Part shown: positions 9,201-18,606 of the stretch, in pieces
Layout: each line of letters starts with the position of its first letter
Numbering within the stretch: position 1 is the stretch's first letter
Assembly (NCBI GenBank): GCA_000388065.2
Contig: KB932202.1
Direction: 5' to 3' (one strand)
Source of the DNA: Fonticula alba ATCC 38817
Taxonomy: Eukaryota > Protista > Nucleariida
Length of the DNA stretch: 21,079 bases
Made by a program: the position numbers and the translations under genes
Notes under the pieces: generated by a model
What the model saw: only the letters and a program-made list of their open reading frames with translations
The model's database searches: none
What the model was told of the DNA's origin: nothing

Positions 9201-12200
9201 CGGGCGGAGGCCCGGCTGGCCGAGTGCCCCGGGCCCGAGGCCGACCCGCTGGGGGTCCGGCCGCAGGCGGTGCTGGAGCAGCGCCTGGCGCTGGGGCTCC
9301 TCCGGGAGGTGGCCCGGTCGCTGCTGCCGCCGGGGGAGGAGCCCCGGCATGCGGCCGCGCGGCCGGGCCCCGGGGCCGCTGGCCAGGGGCTGGCCCTGAT
9401 CCGGACCCTCCTCCGGCCCTTCATGTTCCAGACCCTGCACAACATCAAGCACCTGGTCCTGGTGGAGGGGGCCGATGCCGGGCCGGCGGGGGATGCCGGC
9501 AGCACGGCCCCGCCGCCGCCGCCGGCCACCAGCCTGGCCTGGCACCCGGCGCGCTTGGCCCTGGACGCCGGCCAGCGGGCGGCCTTCTTCGCCCTGGGCT
9601 GGGTCTTTGCCGTGTGCCGTGGCGAGGGGGATGGCGGTGGTGGCGGCGGCGACACCGACAAAGACCGCGACTCGGTGGAGCTGACCCCCAGCGTGGCGGC
9701 GCACAGCCTGACGGCCCTGCGCTTTGGCCTGGCCGGGGCCGGGGCCGATGTGGCCCTGCGCGGGGCGGCCCTCTTTGCCGCGCGGGCCCTGGCCCGGTGG
9801 TGTCGAGCCGAGCTGGATGCCCGGGCGGCCGGGGCCGGCGGCCTGGGCCCGGCGGCGTCCGGCGGCCCGGCCGCCGGGGCCGGCGCGCTGGACCTGGCCC
9901 CCGGGCCGCTGCTGAGCTGGCTGCTGATGCTGGCGGCGTCGGCGTCGGCGGCGGCGGCGGCGTCGGCGAGCGTGGCCGACATGGCCGGCCCCCGGCCCCC
10001 GGGGCCGCACAGCCCCGGGCCAGCGTGCGCACGCTGGCCCTGCCTCGGCTGCCATCGGGCCCGGCGCCTGGACGCCCTGGCCGGGGACATGGCCCGGGCG
10101 GCCCTCCTGCGGCCGGATGGCCGGACCCTGGACGCGCACATGCTGCCGCTGGTGGTGGCCGTGCCGGGGGCCGCCAGCTGCCGGGGCTTTCGCCTGGCGC
10201 TGGGCCTGTGGGAGGCCGGGCTGCGTGCCCCGTGCATCCGGTGCCTGGAGGCCGTGGCTCGGGCCGGGGGGCGGGCCGGCGCGCTGGCGCACCCGGAGGC
10301 CGGCCGCCTGGCGGCCCTGTGGGCCGACGCCGAGCTCCTGACCCCGGCCGAGGCCGAGGACCTGGCCGGGCTCCTGGCGCCCGGCGGGGCTGCCGGCCAC
10401 CCGGTGGGCGAGCTCCTGCAGCGGGCGCCGCCGGCGGCCGAGCAGCCCTCCCCGGCCGGGGCCGAGGCGCCCCCTGGCGATGGTGCGGCCGGCGCGGCGC
10501 CGGCGGCTTGCTGGCGGTGCGACCATGCGGCCGGGCCGGGGTCGGGCCCGGGGCCGGTGGCGCTCGAGCCGCACCGGCTCCTGGCGCGGCTTTTCCCCCT
10601 GGCACGGGTGGTGGACCTGCTCCGGGGGTGTGCCCTCGGCTTGCGGTCCGGCGATCCGGTGCTGATGGCCGCGTGCGGGGACCGGCTCCGGCGCCTGGCG
10701 GCCGGGGCCTGGTCCACCCTGTCGCCGGTGGCCCTGGCGGGCTGCGGCCCGGCGGCCGGCGCGGCCGACGACCGGCCCGGGTCGGCCTTCGCCCAGGCCC
10801 GCGGCCAGCTGGCCGACCTGCCGCCGGCCGACCCGCGGCTCGGGGCCGCCGCGCATGACGCCTGCCTGGCCCTGGCGGCGTGGCTGATGTCCGGGGCGCC
10901 GGCGGCCGGGCCGGCCCCGGGGCAGCACCGGCTGCGCGCGTGCCTGGCCGTCCTCGGGTCCCTGGCCGGGGGGGACCCGGCGGGGGGCGGCCCGACGCCG
11001 GGCCCACTGGCCCCGATGGCCAGCCTGCCCACGCGGCAGGGCTTCCACCTGGGCCTGGCGGCCTTGGACTTCGGGCCCTCGCTGGGGCTGTCCCTGGGCG
11101 AGGCCCTGGGCCAGCCGCTGGCCGGGAGTGCCGCCGGGGCCGCCGGGGCCGGGACCTCCAGCACCGGCCAGATGACCAGCCGGAGCATGATGCTCGGCCT
11201 GGCCGACCGGCTGGAGCTGGCCTGGCGCCTGGTCAATGGGCCGCTGCTGCGGCTGCTGCTGGTGGGCAGCCTCGGGGGCGGGGCCCCCGGGGCGCCGGGC
11301 GCCCCCGGCGGCCTGGTGGCCGACCTGGCGGACTCGTGCTTCGACGTGGCGGCCGGCGGCCGGGGGCCCGGCATGCCGGCCGGCACCCCGCGCGAGGGCC
11401 TCGCCTCGGCGCAGGTGGTCGACGTGGCGTCGCTCCTCATCCAGCAGCTCCTGCAGAAGACGTGCGGTCTGACGGCCAGCCTGGCGGCCCAGGTGCCGGA
11501 GGACGCCCCGGCGCGGGCATTCAACATGCACTCGGCGGCGGTGGCCGCGCTGGCCGCGCCGCCGGGGCCCGGCAGCTCCGGCGTGCCGGACAGCCTGGCC
11601 GTCGCCCTGTGGCGGCGCTTCCCGCCGGCCACGCGCCGGCAGCTGGCGCACTTCCTGGAGACCGAGCTGCGGCTGTCGCCGGCCGGGGGGGCCGGGCCCG
11701 GGGGCTCGGCCGGGCAGCAGCCGACGCAGCCGACGCAGCCGACGCAGCCGCCGGCCCCGGGGGAGGGGGCCGGGGCATCGGCCGATTCGCCCGGCGCCCC
11801 GGGCCCGGGCTGGCCGCCCCGGCACCGGTCCATCATCGACGCGCTGCAGGCCCACCTGTCGCCGGGGGATGTCGGCCGGTCGCTCTTCAGCGAGCTGGTG
11901 GCCCTGGCCCTGGGCCCGGGCCCTGCCGCCGGGTTGGGCCCCGGGCCCGGGGCGGATGGCGATGCCGGGGACCGGCCGGCCGGCCGCCCGGCCGGCCGCC
12001 CGGCCATCAATGCCCCGCGGCTGGTGGGCGACTGGCTGCGTGGGCTGGCCCTGCGCCTGGGGCGCCTGGCGGCCGGGCTGGACTCGGCGCGGGTGGTGGC
12101 GCGCTTCGGGCCGGCGGCCGCCGACCCGGGCGACTCGGCCGCCATGCCCAATGGCCCGGCGCCGGTGTTTGCCTGCCTGGAGACCCTGCCCGGGGGGGAG

Positions 12201-15200
12201 GACGGCGCGGCCCTGGCCCGGGCCCTGCTCCCGCACCTGGTCATCTTCCTGGTGGCCAACTGCCGGTTCCCGACCAGCACCGGCGGCGAGGCCCACCACC
12301 ACCACCACCACCAGCAGCAGCAGCAGCAGCAGCAGCCGCAGCAGCCGGGGGTCTTCCACTGGGTGCACCTGGACCCGGTGGCGGCGCTGGTGGCGCACGA
12401 GCTGGCCGCGCCGTTGGTCCTGGCGGCCGAGCTGGCCAGCGACCGGACCGCGCCGCGGGTGCTGGCCGCGGCCGCGCACCTGGCCGCCCTGGAGGCCACG
12501 CTGCTGGTGGAGGCGGTCCGGCGGTGGGCCGTGGCCCGGGCCCGGGTGGCCTCCGGCACGCGGGCCGACATGCAGCTGCACATGCGCCAGCTCCTGCTGT
12601 CGGCCGAGTGCTGGCCTCGGCTGCCCTTCGGCCCGGTGCCGCGCACCCCGGTGGACCTCTTCCTGATGGCCAATCCCCAGCCGCCGGCCGAGGTGGAAAC
12701 CGCGGCCGGGCCGGCCGCCGCCCGGCCCTCGGCCGCCGGGCTCAAGCTGGAGGGCGTGCGCGGCCATGTGGCCGTGTGCCGGCTGCTGGCATTCACCGAC
12801 CTGCAAGTGCCGCCGGCCCTGCAGGCGGCCGTCCTGTGGCAGGCCCTTCGCCAGGACGCCCCGGGGCCGGTGGCCCCGGCCCGGCCGCCGGTTGTCCACT
12901 GCCCGGAGGCCGTGGCCAATGAGCATGCGGCCGCCTTGCGGCCATTGCTGGGGCCCGGCGGGCCGGACCCGGCGGCTCCCGGGCCGGCCCGGCAGGCGGC
13001 CCTGTCGCCCGGGGCCCGGGCCCTCGGGGCGGCCGTGCTGGAGCGCCTGGCCGGCGATGCGCGCCGCGCGTTGGGCCCCCTGCGAGCCCTGGCCCCGGCG
13101 CTGCTGGCCCTGCACCAGGCCGGGGCCGAGCCCACCCCCGGCGCCCTGGCGGCCCTGGTCCCGGGCAATGCCCCGACCGTGGAGGACCAGCCGCCGGTGG
13201 GGTTCTTCCCCGGCAGCTTGCCCTTCTTCCTGGGCTGGAGCCCGGCCGTGTGCGAGTGCCTGGGGGCCGCGGCCGGCGTGGCCGCGGCCGATGGCCTGGA
13301 CGCCAGCCCGGCCGACGACCCATGCGCCCTGGTGGCCGGGGTGGCGGCATGCCGGGTGCCGGCGCTCCTGGCCGCGGCCGACCTCTTCGCCGACATGGCG
13401 GCCGGCTCGGCGGCCGACGCCCCGGGGCCCGGCCCGGAGCCGGACCTCTCGGCCCTCGGGCCGCTGGAAGCCCAGACACTGGCCCTGGCCATGGGGGCGG
13501 CCGGGCCCGGCGGGGCGGCCGAGGGGCCCGCCGGCCACCGGGCCCCGGGCCCGGACTTGGACCTCCTTCGTGGCCAGCTCCGCGCGCTGGAGGCCTGGGC
13601 CCGGCGGGATGACATGCTGGCCGCCGAGGAGGCCGAGCTGGCAGGGCAGCTGGCCGGGTCCGGCGGCCTGGCGGCCGCGCACTTGCGCCTGGCCCTGGCA
13701 GCCGGCGACGCCACCGAGGTCCTGGCCGCGGCTGGGGCCCCTGCCGGCCCGGCGGCCGGGCTGGCTGCCCCCTCGCGGGCAGGGCCGCCCCTGCCGGGGG
13801 CCGATGTTCGGGCCCTGGCCGCCTCGGCGGCCCTGCGCCTGGGCCAGTGGGACATGGCGGCCGGGCTGGCATGCCACCCGGGCCCCGACAGCAGCCCGCC
13901 GGCCCCGGGCCCCGGGCCGCGCATGAACCCGGCGCTGGAGCGCCTGCTCCGGGTGCTGCCGGCCGGGCCCGGGGACTTGGCCGGGCTGGCGCGCCTGGAC
14001 CAGCATCTGGCCCGGCCGCTGGTGGCCTGGCGCGATGGCGGGCCCCCGGCGCCGGACCCAGCCGGGGCCAGTGCCCTGGCGGTGGCGTGTCGCTTTGCCC
14101 GGGCCCCGGGCAGCATGGGCCCCGGGCTGGCGCCGGAGCTGGCCCGGCTGACGCTCTTCGCCGATGTGGACCTGCTGGCGGGCGGCCTGCCGGGGCTGGC
14201 GGCCCGGGCCGATGCGCCGGCCGCCGACCCGGGCCCCGGGCAGCGGGACACACGCGGCCCGGAGGCGGCCCGCCTGCGCCGGGCCCTGGTGACCGCCGAG
14301 CGGGACACCCAGCTGCTGGATGCCATGACGGCGCGGCTGCTGGGGCGCCCGGCGCCGGGCCACGCCGGGGCCTTCAGCCTGTCGGCGGCCCAGTGCCAGG
14401 GCGACTGCCAGGGCGGCACGGACTGGCCCTCGGCGCGCGGGTGCCAGTGCGCCCCCGGGCGGTCGGCCCTCACCGGCGGCGGGCTGTCGGTGGTGGCCGC
14501 CGCGCGGCTGGCCAACGGGGCCCCGCCCGGCGGCCGGGGGCCCGCCTCGGCCCGGCGCCTGGCCGACCGGGCCGACACCGCGGACCTGGTGCTCAGCCTG
14601 CAGGAGGCCATGCTGGGGCGGCTGGCGGCCGGGGCGGCCGGCCGCGCGGCCGACCTCCTCGGCGCCGGGTCGCCCGGGGCCCGGGGCGCCGGGGCTCTGG
14701 TCCGCGCGGCGGCCGCCGCCCGGCGCCAGCACCGGTCCAATGCCCTGTGGCGATGCCTGGCCCTGGTGGCCCGCGGCCAGGGGGTCCCGGCCCTGGCCCG
14801 GGCGGCCCTGCTCCGGGTGTCGCCCCTGCCGGGGCTCGCCGGGCCGGGGATGGCCGCCGCGCTGCAGGCCCTCCGGGCCCCGAGCCGCGCCGGGCCCGGG
14901 CTCCATGCCCTGGTGGCCGATTGGCCCGGGCGTCTGGAGGCCTTGCGCCTGGCCGACCGCCTGGCCACGGCCTTCTGCCTGGGCGAGCGGCCGGGCGATC
15001 TGGACCGGCTGCCGCTGCCCGCCGGGCCGGCCACCGACCCGGCCACCGGCCACGAGTACCCGGAGTATGTGCTGCTCCGCCGGAGCCTGGCCATCGCGTG
15101 GCTCGTGTCGGCCGGGGCCGGGGCCGGGGCCGAAACCCGGGCCGCCGTCGGCCGGCCCGGCCCCGAGTCCGACTCCTCGGCCTCCGTGGAGCATGCCTTC

Positions 15201-18200
15201 TCGCGAGCGCTGGACTTGTGCGTGTTCCTCGCCCTCCCCCCCCCNNNNNNNNNNTGGCTGCTCCGTTCCCCCCCCCCCCCCCCCCCCCGGCTCCCCCGGC
15301 TCTCCCCCCTTGTCTTCCATGGGCCCGCAGCATTCGCGAGGCCGATGGGCCCCGCGCCCACCAATGGGCACACTACCACTATGGGCGCTTTTGCGATGGG
15401 ATGCTGGCCGCGGCGGCCGAGCAGTACCGGCTGGCCGCCGCGGCGGTGCCCCCGACGCCGACCGTGCCCTCGGCGCAGCCGGCCCGCACGCGCGACCCGC
15501 ACGAGCTCCTGCGCTTCGAGGAGCAGATCCAAGCCCGGGCGGTGGCCCTGGCGGCGGCCTTCGGGGCCGGGCGCGTGGCGGCCAGCTGGCTGCACAAGGC
15601 CGCGCACCACTACCTGCGGGCGCTGCAAAGCCGCGGCCCGGGGCCCGGCCCGGGGCATGGCCCGCATGCCGGCGGGTCCCATGTCGCCGGGCTGGCCCTC
15701 CCCCGGCTGCTGACCCTCTGGCTGTCGACGTGCGCCACGCTGGCCCCCCTGCCGGCGACCAACGCCCTGTCGGTGTCCAACTCGCTGGGCTCGGCGGCCA
15801 CGGCCGGCGTGCACTTCTCGGACCGCGTGCTGCTGGCCTCGGAGCACCTGAGCACCGACATCCTGACGGCCGTGGCGCAGACCCCCTTCCCGGCGCCGCC
15901 GCCGCCCTCCCTGGGACAGGGGTTCGAGCCGCCGCCGGCGCACCTGTACCGCACGTGTGCCGACCTCACGGCCACCATCAGCCTTGGCCTGGCGGGCGTC
16001 AGCCTGTCGGAGGTGCGTGCGCTTTTCCCTGCGTTTTTTTTTTCCCCTTCCCCCCCCCCCCCNNNNNNNNNNNNNNNNNNNNNNNNNNNNNNNNNNNNNN
16101 NNNNNNNNNNNNNNNNNNNNNNNNNNNNNNNNNNNNNNNNNNNNNNNNNNNNNNNNNNNNNNNNNNNNNNNNNNNNNNNNNNNNNNNNNNNNNNNNNNNN
16201 NNNNNNNNNNNNNNNNNNNNNNNNNNNNNNNNNNNNNNNNNNNNNNNNNNNNNNNNNNNNNNNNNNNNNNNNNNNNNNNNNNNNNNNNNNNNNNNNNNNN
16301 NNNNNNNNNNNNNNNNNNNNNNNNNNNNNNNNNNNNNNNNNNNNNNNNNNNNNNNNNNNNNNNNNNNNNNNNNNNNNNNNNNNNNNNNNNNNNNNNNNNN
16401 NNNNNNNNNNNNNNNNNNNNNNNNNNNNNNNNNNNNNNNNNNNNNNNNNNNNNNNNNNNNNNNNNNNNNNNNNNNNNNNNNNNNNNNNNNNNNNNNNNNN
16501 NNNNNNNNNNNNNNNNNNNNNNNNNNNNNNNNNNNNNNNNNNNNNNNNNNNNNNNNNNNNNNNNNNNNNNNNNNNNNNNNNNNNNNNNNNNNNNNNNCCC
16601 CCCCCCCGGCCTCGGCCTGGGCCCGCACGCGGATGTCGTACAACGCGTGCGCACACACACATGCGCGGGGCGCGTACGCGCGCGCGCAAAAAAAAAACCC
16701 ACAACCACCCGCGCACGCACGCATGTAGATGCTCGTGGTATTCCCCCACCTGCTGGTGGGCTACCGAAGGGTGTTCGATGTGGCCGCGCGCAAGGCCTTC
16801 GTCACCCTCATCAGCACGGTGGCCGTGCACTTCCCCGGGCATGCCCTGTGGAAGATGATCGGCCTGCCGGCGATGGCCCCCTGGCGGCCGACCCTCCTGT
16901 CCCAGACGCTGGAGCTGGCCCGAAGCGTGGAATTGAGCGCCGGCGGCCGGGCCGGCACGCGGCGTGCGGCGGCCCCCCCGCCGGCCCCGGGCTCCCCGGC
17001 CTCCAGCCAGGACATCGAGTCCACCATCCGGCAGATCCTCCTGCTGTCGGACTTCCTGGAGGCGCACACGGCCTCCGACCCGAAGGACCGGGCCCCCGGC
17101 ATGGCGACCACCCTGCCGGGGGTGCCGACCCGCGGGCCGGTCGTGAACAATGTCACCGTCCCGGTGCGGGCCTTCATCCAGGCCTCCTTCGATGCGGCGG
17201 ACCCGGCGGCCGCCGCGCACTTCGGCCTCGGCATCGACCCGCACATCGGCTTCCTGGGGCTGAGCCAGCACCATGCCGGGCCGGAGGCCGGGCACTTTGG
17301 CCGCGCGGCCGCCGCCCATGCCACCCGCGCCCCGACCATTTCCGGTGCGTCCGCCCCCGGCCCGCCTCCCCATGGCCCGACTGCGATGCGGGTCCCAGAC
17401 ACTGACCGCCCCCTCCGTCGCCGCCGCCGCCGCCGATCCCAGCGATTCTCCCCTCGATTGAGGTGCTCAAGTCGCTGCAGCGCCCGGTGCGCCGGAACCT
17501 CGAGGGCACCGACGGCCGGGTGTACTCGGTGCTGATCAAGTGCGAGCATGGCGAAGTCCGGCGCGATGTCGGGGCCAACTCCGTGCATGACGTGGTGAAC
17601 TCCCTGCTGGCCGGGCAGGACCGGCACAGCCTCCTCCACTCGGCCGGCACCGGGGGGCAGGGCCCATGTGCCGGGCCGGCGGCCGGCGCATGTGCCACAC
17701 TGCGCCCCTCCACCGACCCCCTCGGTGGCCAGTGCACCTGCCCGGCCGGCACCCGGATCCGCACCTTCGCCGTGACGCCCCTCAGTGCCAATGTCGCCAT
17801 CTTCGAGTGGATCGACAAGACCAGCACCATCATGAAGGAGATCGAGTCGATCGTCACTTCGCCGGCCAGCTGGTCCATGCTGTCGCGGCCGAAGCCGGTG
17901 CGCAAGTGTCCCGGCCCCCTGCCTGTTGTTTTTTTTTTGTTTTTTTTTTGGCTTGACTCCCCATGTCCGGCGCGGGCCCGGGCCCGGGCCCGGGCCGCCT
18001 GCTGCCTCTTTCTTTGCCCCTCCTCACACCCTGTCCCCTGTGGACCTTTTCCCCGGCACCCCTCACCCCCGCGGCCCTCCCCATCGGCAGTCTGCCCTGA
18101 AGACCGTGCACAACTTCGAGGAGCTGAGCCACATCGATGTTCCCTTCCACCGGTGGTTTGCGGCCCGCAGCCCGACCGCGCGCGCGTGGCTCCTCGCCCG

Positions 18201-18565
18201 CCGGCGCTTCTCCTCCTCGCTGGCCGTGATGTCGGTGGTGGGCTTCCTGCTGGGGTATGTATCGACGCAGGCGCATGGTGTCCCGCCGGGCACCGGTGCC
18301 TGTTGGCCCATTTTACCTTGGCCCTCCCTTCTTTGGCCGCCTGTCTGCTTGCTTGAGCCCACCTCCTGACCATAACCCCGCGGGCCGTGTGTCCGGCATT
18401 CCCGACAGCCTGGGCGACCGGCACCTGGACAACATCCTCATCGACACGGAGTCCTTCCAGGTGGTGCATGTGGACTTCAACTGCATCTTCGAGAAGGTGC
18501 GCGCCCGGCGCAACGTGTTCCCCACCTGCTGGGGCGTGTGACGCGCACACACACGCGCACACACA

Positions 18566-18606
<41 letters not shown>

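Noticed and set aside
5168-15070. GTATGT at 5168, 8771 and 15065 as real intron donors
   Set aside because: No downstream C/T-rich tract or compositional shift; the reading frame and codon style continue.
16670-16681. Palindrome GCGCGTACGCGC and (CG)n runs (4181-4192) as Z-DNA or cruciform elements
   Set aside because: Short and expected by chance in CG/CA-rich introns.
5921-16720. 3,599-aa antisense ORF, plus 7431-15371 and 3156-5984 on the minus strand
   Set aside because: Shadow frames of a very GC-rich sense exon. The triplets needed for antisense stops are rare, the products have no motifs, and they read through N gaps and introns.
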